A stretch of 62,873 bases of DNA, counting the filler, from Chiloscyllium plagiosum (Eukaryota): the NCBI RefSeq assembly GCF_004010195.1. It is 4 parts of one record of this genome, joined end to end, with 100 filler letters (N's around TTAATTAATTAA, not from the genome) between each part and the next. Parts side by side here need not be neighbours in the genome. Positions count along the whole stretch, not along the records: positions 1 to 12,589 come from NC_057714.1; 3 more parts are not named here. One strand, written 5' to 3'. How positions within the stretch are numbered: position 1 is the first letter of the stretch; every line of letters begins with the position of its first letter. This document shows positions 1 through 12,413 of the stretch, one piece after another. Under the pieces are notes generated by a model. The model saw nothing but the letters and a program-made list of their open reading frames with translations. It did not search any database and was not told where the DNA came from. Both the position numbers and the translations under genes were made by a program.

Positions 1-344
1 GCTCACAACCGACTTCACAGATACAGACATGAAATTGCGCGCCAAAAGTCATTAATTTCAAAAACCACTAATCGTTAATGAACCCGGACCATAGAACAGG
101 CTGTCACCATAGGACAGAACAGGACAACACACCGCAAAAAAACGGCACTAAAAGAAAAAATGGCCAAACTAACACACAACAAAGAGGACACTACAACACA
201 CACCTGGGTTAAAAACCTCTCCCACAGACAGCTCACAGACACGGAAAGCCAGGGGACGAAACGTTTGCAACAAAAACTTCCAGCTCGGCGAACAGAACCA
301 CAACAACGAGCACCTGAGATACAAATCTTCGCACAAACTTTGAA
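1..344 (+). mobile_element. Penelope-like element (family C), internally deleted: ORF N-terminal piece joined to 3' terminal repeat
   Basis: ORF 160+ reads WVKNLSHRQLTDTE (typical PLE ORF N-terminus), then switches at ~248 to GGGGACGAAACGTTTGC...CACAAACTTTGAA, a PLE terminal segment retaining the GAAAC half of a hammerhead motif. Confidence 0.6.
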
Positions 345-559
345 ATCTTTGTTTTTACTGCAGGAGAATACCAAAGAAAGGAGGAAGCTTGCCCGAGGCT
401 GGGACTACAGCCCAGCCTACTGGAGCAGCGGGCTTGCGTACTCACCAGACCCTGGTTGAGGAGCTGGCCAAATCTCGCGAGGTCCTGGGGCGGCAGATCC
501 ACAAAAATAAATCAAGGAGAAACTGGCTCCTGTATCTGCTATGCTGCAAGGCCTGGGCA

Positions 560-1196
560 AAAGGACCGATGAGCTCGAGCGCCAGGCTGCTGGGGTAGAG
601 GCAGAGGCTGACTCCTCCAAAGAGCCGGATTGAAGCCCTGGAAACACAGGTCCGTGATTTGTTGGATCTGGTGATGATCTCAAAAACAGGGGCAGAAGAA
701 GGAACCTGCGCATTGTTGGCATCCTGGAGGGGCTGGAAGGTGAGCAACTGGTGAAGTTCTTTGCGAAGTGGTTTCACGAATTCCTTCATTTAGAGGCTGG
801 AAAGGGAAGGATAAAGATTGAGAGAGCCAACCGATTACAGCACGAAAGCCAGGTATGGACCAGTGCCCCCACCCTGTCCTAGTACAGTTTCATCATTATA
901 ATAACAAGCAGAGAGTCATGGAAGCTTCCAGAGCCCAGGGGAGAGATCTGAGGGCGTTGCTGTGTGTGGGCTCCAGAGTCATGTTCTTTCAAGACTTCTC
1001 GACAGCGATGATCCAGAAAAGGAAGTCCTACGATGGCATCTTGAAGAGATTGAGAGAGCTTGGGATCCAGTATTCTTTAAGATATCCAGCGGTTCGGATC
1101 AGTCATAATGGATCGGTACATTTATTCAACTCACCAGAGAAAGCGAGGAACTTTGTGGACACGCTTTGTGGACACATAACTCAGACAACCAAATAG
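560..1196 (+). pseudogene. L1 ORF1p (RNA-binding, transposase_22-like), frameshifted
   Basis: NRGRRRNLRIVGILEG at ~686-730; PVLVQFHHY...RVMFFQDFS...YSLRYPA...FNSPEKA in ORF 855-1196. Confidence 0.85.
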
Positions 1197-1753
1197 GCAG
1201 AGAGGACGGAACTGTTCGGTTTTGTTCTCCTTTAAGGAGGACTTGGTGGAGTCTCCTTACTGTTGGTAATAAGTTGCGTTAAATTGTGCTCAGGCTGAAT
1301 TATTTACCTTTAATCTCTAAGCTATGTTATACGAAGGCTGGGTGACATATTTATTTTTAACTTACTTGTTGATAGTACTAATCTTGTTTTTGTTTTTTTT
1401 CCGTACCGGGCTGCCAGTGTATGTGGCACGATCCTAGTTGGTCAGAGTTGGGATGGTTCGTAGGGTTGTGGGACGTGGCGATGCCCCCTCGGAATGGGTG
1501 GTGAATTTCTCTAATCAGTGCCTTTGGCGATTTTTTGGGATTTTTTTTTGTTTTTGGTATATATAGTTTTTGTAACTTTTGTAGTTTTGTTGGCTGTAGT
1601 TATTTCAGGTTGTGTAGTTTTTGGGTTTTGTGGATATTCTTGCATTGAAGCTCAGTGATCTGCAGTTTGAGTTCTCTCTCTCTGGAGTCTAAATGGTGCT
1701 GTATGTGTCCATGTGGTGCACCTCGAACATTAAGAGTCAAGAGGAAGAAGGTA

Positions 1754-2031
1754 CTTTCCAGTCTTAAAAGGGAGAGGGTGGATGTTGCCTTATTGCAAGA
1801 AACACACCAAGACGATGCAGAGGCAATCTGGCACTCTGTTTCTCTGTCACTGTGTGTTTCAGGCAATTTGTTTCTCTAGAATTCTGTTTTTTCTTTCCAG
1901 TCTTAAAAGGGAGAGGGTGGATGTTGCCTTCTTGCAAGAAACACACTAAGATGATGCAGAGGCAATCTGGCACTCTGTTTCTCTGTCACTGTGTGTTTCA
2001 GGCAATTTGTTTCTCTAGAATTCTGTTTTTT
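1754..2031 (+). repeat. 139-bp tandem duplication inside L1 ORF2
   Basis: CTTTCCAGTCTTAAAAGGGAGAGG...ATTCTGTTTTTT at 1754-1892 and again at 1893-2031, few mismatches. Confidence 0.95.
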
Positions 2032-2059
2032 CTGGCACTCTGTTTCTCTAGCATTCTGT

Positions 2060-2377
2060 TTAGATTAGATTACTTACATTAGATTAGATTACTTAGAGTG
2101 TTGAAACAGGCACTTCAGCCCAACAAGTCCACACCGACCCTCCGAAGAGCAACCCACCCAGACCCATTCCCCTACACCTAACACTACGGACAATTTAGCA
2201 TGGCCAATTCACCTAACCTGCACGTTTTTGGACTGTGGGAGGAAACTGAAGCACCCGGAGGAACCCACGCAGACACGGGGAGAATGTGCACACAGACAGT
2301 TGCCTGAGGTGGGAATTGAACTCGGGTCCCTGGCGCTGTGAGGCAGCAGTGCTAACCACTGAGCCACCATGCCACCC
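2060..2377 (-). mobile_element. HE1-type tRNA-derived V-SINE, full length
   Basis: Minus strand GGGTGGCATGGTGGCTCAGTGGTTAGCACTGCTGCCTCACAG (A box), GTTCAATTCC (B box), V-domain CCCCGTGTCTGCGTGGGTT, CR1-like tail and (CTAAT)n end. Confidence 0.92.
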
Positions 2378-2409
2378 ACAACCTGCACAGGAAGCTCCCA
2401 TTGGATTTT

Positions 2410-2530
2410 AGTTTCTCTAGCTCTCTGTGTTTCAGGCACTCTGTTTCTCTGGAATTCTGTTTCTCTGACATTCTGTTTCTCTGGAATTCTGTTTCTCTGA
2501 CATTCTGTTTCTCTGGCACTCTGTTTCTGG
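2410..2530 (+). repeat. 16-nt minisatellite (TCTGTTTCTCTG + GAAT/ACAT/GCAC)
   Basis: About 7 units here; related units at 1835-1890 and 1973-2060 on the other side of the SINE. Confidence 0.85.
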
Positions 2531-3343
2531 ATCTTATTTTTTCAGCCTCTGATTGGGTATGACCAGATTTATTTCTCATCTTTCAATACGTGGAAGAGAG
2601 GGGTGGCCATTCTAGTTAGAAAGAATCTCCAACTTAAGTTGTTAGAGTGTATTAAAGACATACACGGGGGGATTTTAATCCTTAATGCTCTGATACATGG
2701 GGAAGAATACGGGCTCTTCAATATTTACTGTCCCCTTGCCCACCCCTTAAGTCTTGACAGATGCGCTTTCTAGACTGGTTAACCTTGCGTCTCAGCATAT
2801 TATTGTAGGGGGGATATCAAATGTCTAATAGATCCTGCGGTGGGCAGGCTGCCCAAAGACCCTCCGATATCTTCTTTGCGATTTAAGCAATTCTAGGATT
2901 TGTGCTAAATGTGGGATTGGTAGCTGTTTGGAGGCACCTTCACCGTACTGGTAGGGATTTCATGCTCTTCTTGAATCCGCATAAATGCCATACCAGGATT
3001 TATCCTTTTTTGACCCTTGCAGCACATCCAGGCTCGGTGTGTCATGTATAATTGGCAATACCACAATTTCCGATCACACCCCAGTGTATTTAATAGTCAA
3101 GAGTAAAGATACTATGGTAGGTTTGAGGCATTGGCGACTGGACCCCTTCATCCTCAAGGATAGCAAGTTTACTGAATTCTTTTCTTCTGAATTTAGGGCT
3201 TTTCCAGACATTAATTCAGGCTCAGGCAATGATCCATCCATTTTCTGAGAATCTGTTTAAACCTATGTTATTTATTTCCTAGGTTAATTATTTCTTATTA
3301 AGTAAGAAACAGCAGCAACACTTGCTCGAGATGCGTCTGAAAG

Positions 3344-3432
3344 TAGATTAGATTAGATTCTCTACACTGTGGAAACAGGCCCTTCGGTCCAACAAGTCCA
3401 AACCGACCCTCTGAAGAGTAACCCATTCCCCT
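3344..3432 (-). mobile_element. 5'-truncated HE1-type SINE (tail only) inserted in L1
   Basis: AGATTAGATTAGATT...GTGGAAACAGGCCCTTCGGTCCAACAAGTCC. Confidence 0.8.
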
Positions 3433-6400
3433 CCTCCCTGCTAATGTACAGGCCCTCACTGGCTAAACTGCTGAGGTTCACAGTTCTTCGGTCTACACCG
3501 AACTCCGTGCTCACATGGACAGCCAAGGAAGAGCTTACATTTGCAAACCAAAGGCTGTTTGAGCACAGGGATCAGCCAGGCAAGTACCTAGTGTACCTTG
3601 CCAGGAAAAGGAGTGCTCCCCAAGCCATTAGGGGATGATTAGGAATGATACTGGAAATCTAACCAATGATTCTAAAAGAATTAAGGCAGTAATTCAGAAA
3701 CTTTACTCTGAATTATATCAGTCTGAAAGTTGTGAGGATGGTTAGGTTAGGATGGAGTCTTTTTTTTAAGAATTTGGGCCTTCCAAGATTGATCCCTAAA
3801 CAAGAATCTCTCCTTAATGCACCGTTGTCAGAGCAAGAGGTGCGGGAGGCTGTGAGGCAACTCCAGAATGGAAAGGCACCTGGTCCTGACAGGCTCCCCA
3901 GTGAGTTCTATCAGGAATTTATAAATATATCGTCAGGACTGATGCTCAGTATGTTTAACAACTCACATTGTCATGGCCTCCTCTCACCATCCCAAAGAGA
4001 GGCGAACATCTCTCTCATCCTTAAACAAGGGAAGGCCCTGGAGGACTGTGCTTCCTATAGGCCCATTTCACTCCTGAATGTCGATTTCAAAATCCTATCT
4101 AAGATCTTGGCACTAAGGCTAAAAACTGTACTGCCCTCCATCATTAAGGAGGACCAGACAGGATTTATAAAAGATCGTCGAATAATGTCAGGAGGTTACT
4201 TACTATAATCCATGTATGTCAACAATGATCAGTACAGGGATTAGTGATCTCTTGAGATGCGGAAAAGGCATTTGACCAGGTAGAGTCAGCCAATATCTTT
4301 TTTATACTTTAAAGCAGTTTGGATTGGCGAGGCCTTTATCAGATGGGTAGAGGTTTTGTACATTGACCCTTTGGCCGCAGTCCTCACCAATGGTGTGCAG
4401 TCAAGCAATTTCAATATTCGTAAGTGCAGTCGACAGGGTTGACCCTTATCATCGTCGTCTTAAATAGGTGATCGAACTGCTGGTGGAGGTAATACGTAGG
4501 GATCCCAATATATCCACTTCAGAAGTGTGGACAAAGTAAAAATCACATAAGATTGCATTGTATGCGATGATGTCCTTTTTTTCATCAAACTCAACAGTGT
4601 CAGTGCTGCATCTGATACAATGCATTGATCTGTTTGGTGCCTTCCCGGGTTATAAGATCAACTTTGCGAAATTAGAGGCCATGCCCATGGGTGGTCCTCC
4701 GACAATGCCTGATCCTGAGGGTGAATCTCGATTTCCCTTTAGATGGTCGCAGGAGGGCTTTCCCTACTTCGGTATATTTATTATTCCTATCTTTGATTGG
4801 CATTTTAAAGCCAATTTTGCCGATTTATTCAACAGAATTAAACAGGGCCATTGTAGATGAGAGGCGCTTCCAATCTCCTGGTTAGGTTGGACAGCCCTGA
4901 TTAAAATAAAACATTCTGCCTTGTCTGCTGTATCCTATGCGAGTGCTTCCTCTGCTCTTCACTAAGCAAGTACTTAGTAGACTGAACAGCTGGTTTAGTT
5001 CTTTTATCTGGTTTCGCAAGCGGCCCCTAATTAAATTGACTAAACTGCAGCTACCTTAGAATGGGCCTCCCAGATATCAAAAGCTATCAGTTAGGCTCGT
5101 TGTTACCTTATGTTAGGGACTGGGCCCAGGCAGTGGGGGGGGGGCCTCACTCACTGTGGCTGGACATCGAGGCATCTCAGGCAAGATGCCCCTTACTAGC
5201 CTGCTGGTCTTGGACAAAATGAGGACAGTTAAGGAATATTGCCATAGCCCAGTAGTTATTAATACTGTCAGGGCATGGAGTGCAATGCATCAGGGTGAGG
5301 GCAATATTGCCAAAACATCATTTTTACACCCATAGTGGGTAAGCCAGGTTTTCAGCCCAGGATGATGGACTTGGGTTTAAACTATGGGCAACTAGGGATG
5401 TGTCTTGCCAGGGTGATTTATTCATTTACTGATGTCCTTTGACCAGGTCGCTCAGAAATATGAATTGTCCAGTAGGGACCTCTCCCGTTTTTTCTCAAAT
5501 TAGAAATTTCATACAAAAAGAGACCACACTTCTAACAGATCCTTATAGGTCTGACATGGAGAAGAGGGTGCTGAGGGTACACTTTCCGTTAGCAATGTTT
5601 ATCACCCATTGGGAGAAGTTCCCTCAGACGAGTCCAAACGGCCCTGTAGGGCATGGGAGAGGGAGTAGGATATTGAGACTTCTTCTGAAGTATGGGAGAA
5701 AATGCAAGAAGGATCTCAATTTGTAACAGAACCCATGGCCTTGCAATTGAGGATTCTCCAAAGGGTCCACTTGGTTTCAGACCGCGTGACAAAATTTAAA
5801 ACAGGAGCAAAGTGAGAATGGGCACGTTTACTCATTGTCTCTGGTCCTGCGACAGACTGCAGGCATTCTGGAGCACTGTGGTACAGGAAATAGAGAAGCT
5901 CTTGGAGATGGAATTGCAGATGAACCCGGTATCTCTTCTTCGTGGCCTTATTAATTCACTTCCATTAGATGCACACACAAAAGAAGGCTTTTCCGTATCC
6001 TCAGTTTTTGTGCAAGAAAGAACATTTTGTTAGGGTGGATGTCTGAAAATATCGCGGCGTTGTCAGGCTGGAACACATCCCCTTAGACTTTCTTACGACT
6101 CTGGTGCACACTAAAACTGAGAATTTTTATAAGATGTTGCAGCCCTTTTTGGCTGATCTGGGTACAGATCTGTCTGCCATACTACTAATAGCTTTTATAT
6201 AGCCATAGCAATTCTGTTTAATGAATTTGGTATCCAGACAGGAGGAACTACGAACATATGAATATATACAAATTTATGCTGTCAATGGTCGAGGGCTATT
6301 GCTTTGTTTTATTGAGCTGTATTATCATTATTATTATTATTGTTATGATTGTCCTTTTGTTTTAGTTAGTTATTAATTATTATTTATCTATCTATGTAAT

Positions 6401-7068
6401 TAGTACTTTTTTAACATTGGTTTGAATTGTTTGGTTTTGCATTTGTTAGAATATGCAAAAAAAATTATTTTCCTTTAATTTCAATAAATTGTATATTTTT
6501 TTTAAAATGGTGCCCTCTCATGGTGAGAGGGCAGCTAAGTAGAGCTGTGGCCACAAAAAGATCAACCATGATCTTAATGAATGGCGGAGCAGGCTCGACG
6601 GGCCAGATGGCCTACTCCTGCTCCTGGTTCTTATGTTGTTATTCAGTATTGTTAGGTCAAAATCCTGAAATTCCCTCCTGAAGGGCATTTTGGGTCAACC
6701 TACAGCACATGAACTGCAGTGGTTCAAGAATGCAGCTCATCACCACTTTCACAAGAACAACAAGGGATGGGCAATAAATGCTGGACCAGTCCACGATGCT
6801 TACATCCAATAAATGAATGGAAACAAACCTTGTCCTGCACATTAAGTCCCTGGACTCTCTGCCTCCCTTTCTGTTTGACTACTGTTTCCTTGCAGCGTAT
6901 TACACTTTCTGAAACTTGTCGAACACAAAAGTTCAAACACACAATCAATAATATTCAGAACTTGTTAAACACTATGATGTTTTTAAAAAAAGACCACAAC
7001 AACAATTTACTTAGGTGCAGCACCTTTAAAACAGTAAGATGTCCCAAAGTGCATCTTTGGAAAGTTTG

Positions 7069-7988
7069 TGTAGTCTGAGCACTGTGCAGCGTGACTCATC
7101 TCATGAGTTTGATTTGTACAACTGAATTACCAGAACAGGAGTTGGGACATCATACTGAGATTGCACAGGATGTTGGTAGACCTCTTCTGGAGTACCGAGC
7201 CCAGTTCTGGTTACCCTGATACAATAAGGATATTATTAATCTGGAAAGGGTTCAGAAAAAATGACAAAAGGTCATTGGCTGGTTATCAGGCAACACCTGA
7301 TCCCAGTTTGCCTCAATGTGCTCATATTGTTTGAAAATTAGTTGAAGGTTCTAGAATGATACAGCACGGAAACAGACCCGTCAGTCGAAACAATCCATGC
7401 TGACCATCATCCCAAGCTAAACTAGTCCCACCCACCTGCACTCCTGGCCCATTTTCCTCCAAACATATCTTATTCATGTACTTATCTAAATGTCCTTTAA
7501 ATATCATTTTCTCTGGAAGCTCATTCCACAAACGAACCACTCTCTGTACAAAAGTTGCCCCTCATGTCTTTCTTAAATCTTTCTTCTCTCACCTTAAAAA
7601 TATGCCCCCTAGTCTAGAAATCCCCTATCCTTGGGAAAAGACACCCGCCATTCACATTATCTATACCCTTCATGATTTTATAAACCTCTATAAGGTCACC
7701 CCTCAACCTTCTGTGCTCCAGTGAAAAGAAAAACAGCCTATCCAGCCTACTTTTATAACTCAAACCCTCTATTCCCAGTGACTTGCAGGTGAATCTTTTC
7801 TGAACCTTCTCCAGATTAATAATACCCTTCCTATAACAGGGTGACCAGAACTGGACACGGTATTCCAGAAGTGGTCTCACCAATGTCCTGAACAACCTCA
7901 ACATGATGTCCCAATTCCTGTTCTGGTAATACAATTGTACAAATCAAACTCATGAGATGAGTTACGCTGCGCAGTGCTCAGACTACAC
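7069..7988. repeat. ~190-bp inverted repeat (7069-7260 / 7796-7988) enclosing a minus-strand CR1 3' fragment (7355-7925)
   Basis: GTGTAGTCTGAGCACTG...GTTCAGAAAA is reverse-complemented at 7796-7988; CR1 peptide LEYRVQFWSP in ORF 7614-7934. Confidence 0.9.
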
Positions 7989-8119
7989 CATCACAATTCA
8001 AAAATGCTTAACAATAGGATAATATAATTCATCCAAGTCCAGGAAAAGGTTTAGCAAAGGATGCATAATAATGGCAGGAGGCTCAATCCCTTGAGTCTGC
8101 TGCACCATTCAGTAGATGA

Positions 8120-9360
8120 TGTGGAGGTGCAGGTGTTGGAATGGGATAGACAAAGTCTGAAGTTACATGACACCAGGTTATAGTCCAACAAATTTATTTG
8201 AAATCACAAGTTTTCGTAATGCTGATCCTTCATTAGATGAAGTGGAGGGAAGCGCACAGGTACAGGGTGTATGGGCAGAGAGATAATGGCAAGATAATTC
8301 CAGATAATTAAGAGCGTCAAAATATAAGTGCAATGGTGTGAGTGGAATGTCGACAGTCTAAATAATAAATCTTTACAGGTGATCAAAAGTGTCAGATGGT
8401 GTCAGTAAAGTGTCAACAGCTGCACGGCAAATGAAGGGAATAACCTATGATCCAATTAAGTAAGGCAGAGAGATAATTACAAATAATCAAAAATAAGATG
8501 GTGTTAGAGACAAAATGGCTGGAATAACATGATAGCTGTAAGAGTCACATGATGAGTGTCTAACCAAAGTAACAAATAATCCAAAACTGTACAAACTAAT
8601 TAAGGTAGAGAGGTCATAACAAGTTATCAACGTAGCAACAATCATCAGGTGAAAGTGTTCCTTCCCATTTGGGGAACATGTCAGTGGTCAAGGACAATCA
8701 CCCTTCGATCTTCAGGTAAGTGTCCTCCAAGGCAGCCTTCGAGATCCTCAACAATGCAGAATTGTCAAGTAGAAACTGATAGCCAAGTTCCATACCCATG
8801 AAGACAGCCTCAACCATGATCTTGGCTTCATGCGGTGCTACATGTAACCCCAGTATACTGTTCTGTACTTGTAAAACCTTCCTGACTGTCCTGTTTTGAC
8901 ATTAATCACCTTAAAGTGGGTTATTATCACTCTATCTTTGCACAGTTTGTGATTTGTTTAGACCCTCAGCATGTGACTATTAGACCTATAATGTTATTCC
9001 AGCCATTTGGTTTGTCACTAGCACCATCTTATTTTTGATTATTTGTAATTATCTCACTGTCTCAATTAATCAGAGCATAGGTCATCCCTTCACTTGTTAT
9101 TCAGCTGTTGACACTTTACTCACACTACTGACACTTTTGATCACCTGCAGAGACTTGTTATTCATCCTGTCGACACTCCACTCACACCATTTGTAGTTAT
9201 CTTTTGATGCTCTTAATTACCTGCCATTACCTCTCTGCTTCTATATTCTGTGTCTGTGTGCTTCCCTCCACTCCACTTGACAAAGGAACAGCGTTCCAAA
9301 AGCTTGCGATTTTAAATAAATCCATTGGATTATAACCTGGTGTTGTGGGGCTTTGGACTT
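8120..9360 (+). mobile_element. Penelope-like element (family A), 5'-truncated, with inverted pLTR copy
   Basis: 8640-8830 encodes GIY-YIG C-terminus-like GEHVSGQG...LQVSVLQG...KLIAKFHTHEDSLNHD; 8160-8570 is the reverse complement of ~8960-9360; degenerate hammerhead motifs at ~8206-8232 (-) and ~9277-9305 (+). Confidence 0.82.
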
Positions 9361-9369
9361 AATATAATA

Positions 9370-10100
9370 GACTCATGGCTGATCTAATCACAATCTAAAC
9401 TCCATCCTCATGCCAGAATCCTTGACTTCTCTTGAGATCAAACACTCTTCAACTCAGCCTCGAACATATTCAAAGATAAAAAGAACAAAATTATTTTATT
9501 CTATGTCATAAATGAGAGAACAACTCTTTAGAAACCATCATCCCTCATTCCAGATTCCACCATCCAAAAGAGAAAAAAATGAGCATCTACCCTGTCAACA
9601 ATCACTCAAAATTTGATATAACAAGATCATCTCTAATTCTTCTAACCTCCAATGACTATAGGCTGCACCTGCTCAACCGTTCCTCCTAAGACAAACACAT
9701 CAATCAGGAATTAAAGTATTGATCCTTTTTGTAATGTCACTAATGCAATTATATCCCTCCATAAATAAGGCGACTGAAAGTTTACACAGAAACAATATGA
9801 GCTCACCAATGCACTGTACAGTTATAACAAGACATCCCTACTTGTATACTCCATCTCCCTTACAATAAAGGCCAACATTGCATTTCCTAACTAATGACTG
9901 TGTGCACTTGCATGCTAATGTGGTGTGATTCACGTTCAAGGACATTCAGGTCCCCAATTACCACAGCTTTCTACAGTCACTCTGTTTAGATGATATTTCA
10001 TTTCTCCTTTCTACTAAAGTGGCAATCGCACATTTTCATTGATTACCCTCCTTTTGCCAAACTTTTCACCCACTCACTGAATTTGTCCATATCCCTCTCA
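9370..10100 (-). mobile_element. Old CR1 LINE 3' fragment
   Basis: Degenerate similarity to the other CR1 copies (TACAATAAAGGCCAACATT, CACCCACTCACT). Confidence 0.65.
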
Positions 10101-10729
10101 ACATCCCTCCCCACTCCCAACCTCACGACTGTATATGTTTCAATTTATGCTGTAGTTGTGTAGGATTATCAGATTAACATCTGTACCTATCAACATTTAC
10201 GTGGGTAGCATTAGCTAACTGAACATGACCTGCTGAGATGGTAATCCTGGTAATGAGCCCTTCGAAATGGGAAAAAAAAATCCAAAGATGGATCTTGAAG
10301 ATTTCGAGTGATAAGGCTGTGAATATGACTGTTTCCTTTGGCAGCTTGTTCCACTGTAGGATTATCCTCAGGGGTTTCTCCCCTACTATTGTGTTGTCAG
10401 TGAAGTTGGCTTTCTCCTGCTGTCAAAGTCATTCATCTAGATTTGAATTGTAAGATTGTTCAGATTGTAAACTGTTGAGAGAGCACTGTTCCCTGTGTCT
10501 CTCTATACATTACACTTTACCAAGCTGAACAGGTGAGGTCTTCATGTTAGTTAGCTAATATATTACCATGACATATTTAGCAAAAGCATTAAAATTCACT
10601 GAAGACAATTTTTGGGTGACTGCTATCATTTATTATGACAGCGACAATGCTGGGATTTTAAACATTTTTTTTTCAAACCTTTATTACTGAGTTGGAAATT
10701 TCTGAGGTGGTGATAGTGGCAGGAATTAA

Positions 10730-11072
10730 TTGAGATATATAAGATAATCAGAGGGTTAGATAGGGTGGACAGCGAGAGCCTTTTTTCTCCGATGGTGATG
10801 GCTAGCAGAAGGGGACATAGCTTTAAAATGAGGGGTGATAGATATAGGACAGATGTCAGAGGTAGTTTCCTTACTCAGAGTAAGGGCATGGAACACACTC
10901 CCTGCAACAGTAGTGGATTCGCCAACTTTAAGGGCATTTAAATGGTCATTGGATAAACATATGGATGAGAATGGAATAGTGTAGGATAGATGGGCTTCAG
11001 ATTGGTTCCACAGGTCAGCGCAACATCAAGGACCTAAGGGCCTGTACTGTGCTGTAAGGTTCTATGTTCTAT
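10730..11072 (+). mobile_element. CR1/HER1 3' end
   Basis: GGGGACATAGCTTTAAA..., ending in TTCTATGTTCTATG tail repeat. Confidence 0.85.
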
Positions 11073-11659
11073 GAATAACAACACGGGAAGGATGTATTGT
11101 GATTTCTGGGATCTCAGAAGTCAGATTGTATGTCAGAGTAATGCGTCAAAAAATTAAATCCATTACAAAGGTGAACACATAAATTTATATTGGGCCAATA
11201 GTTGCTAAAAATGTTGAGCAGGAGGTCATCGTGCACAAGAGATGTGCATATAAATTTTGAAGGACACATTTCACTGTAAGAAATAAGAACATGAGTGAGC
11301 TATTAGTTCCATTAATCATGCTTGGGATTATGGCTGACATTTTTATATCACTACCACTTTACCACTCTATCTCCATAATCCTTTAATTCTCTCAGTATTA
11401 TAAAATCTATTAATTTCAATCTTGGATATAATTTTCAATTTAGCATCCACAGCTCTCTGAGCTAAGATTGAATGAAATGGCTAACTCTCTGGTTAACATT
11501 GAAAGAGATTAACTCTTACAATACTTTTGACCAGTCTGGTCCATTTGGCAGGGCCCTATCTGCCACTATTTTTTGCCAATTCATTGAGTTTGTTGCATCT
11601 ATGAATTAATTGCCCAGATTGCATTGTCTTAAGAACTACAATGCTGTTGGAATTATAAA

Positions 11660-12408
11660 AACCAGGAGCAGGAATAGCTCAGTTAGCCCTTCAAACCTGG
11701 TCCACCATTCTATCTCAATGCTATATTCTTGCAGTCTCTTCATACATCTCGATGTCTTTAAAATCTAAGCAATTATCCATCTCTTCTGAAATTCTGTTCA
11801 GTGATTTGGCTTGACAGTTATCGGTCATCAAGAATTCCACAGGTTCGCTACCCTTTGAGTGAGCATGTTTTCCTTCAACTCAGTCTTAAATAGCCTATGC
11901 CGTGTTCTGATACTGGGACCTCTGGTTCTAGACTCCCAAACCGGGAAAAAACACTCCCAGTGCATATAGTCTAACCCAGCCTGTTAGACTTTTATACATT
12001 TTAATCAGATCCTCTCTCAACCTTCTAAACTCTGAGCCTGGTCAAATTCATCCCTTCCCATTGGCAGTCCTGCCATCCCAGTATCAGCTTTCTGAACCTC
12101 CGCTTCACTCCCTCTCAGGTAGGGAGACCAAAACCGCAAGCAGTTTTTCACATAAGGTCTCACCAAGGTCCTGTATAACTGCAATAAAACATTTGAACTC
12201 AAATCCTCTTGCAACGAAGGCCAATGTATCATTTGTGTTTCTAATTGTGTGCTGCATCTTCCTGTCTACTTCCATTAACTGATGTACAGGACACCCAGAT
12301 CCTTTTGTACATCCACATTTCCCAATATATCACCATTTCCATAATACTCTGCCTTAACATCAAAGTGTATAACTTCATATTCAGCCACATTGTACTGTGT
12401 CTGCCACA
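11660..12408 (-). mobile_element. CR1 LINE 3' fragment
   Basis: ORFs LLQLYRTLVRP...FWSPYLR and WQTQYNVAEYEVIHF. Confidence 0.85.
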
Positions 12409-12413
12409 TGAGA

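Larger units (their letters stand above)
1700..6200 (+). pseudogene. L1 ORF2p (APE endonuclease + reverse transcriptase), many stops, frameshifts and insertions
   Basis: RKKVLSSLKRERVDVALLQETH; ISDHTPV; GKAPGPD; YRPISLLNVDFKIL; degenerate YADD at ~4561; GYKINFAK; GTFTHCLWSC at ~5820. Confidence 0.9.
345..6508 (+). mobile_element. Decayed near-full-length L1-clade LINE
   Basis: ORF1, endonuclease, RT and C-terminal cysteine motifs in colinear order; T-rich 3' UTR with AATAAA at ~6483; 5' boundary approximate. Confidence 0.9.

Noticed and set aside
2300..2377. tRNA-like A/B boxes (also ~16140-16210, 30965-31035, 38315-38380)
   Set aside because: SINE heads, not tRNA genes
2410..2530. Regularly spaced short repeats resembling a CRISPR array
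   Set aside because: Contiguous tandem units with no unique spacers, in eukaryotic context
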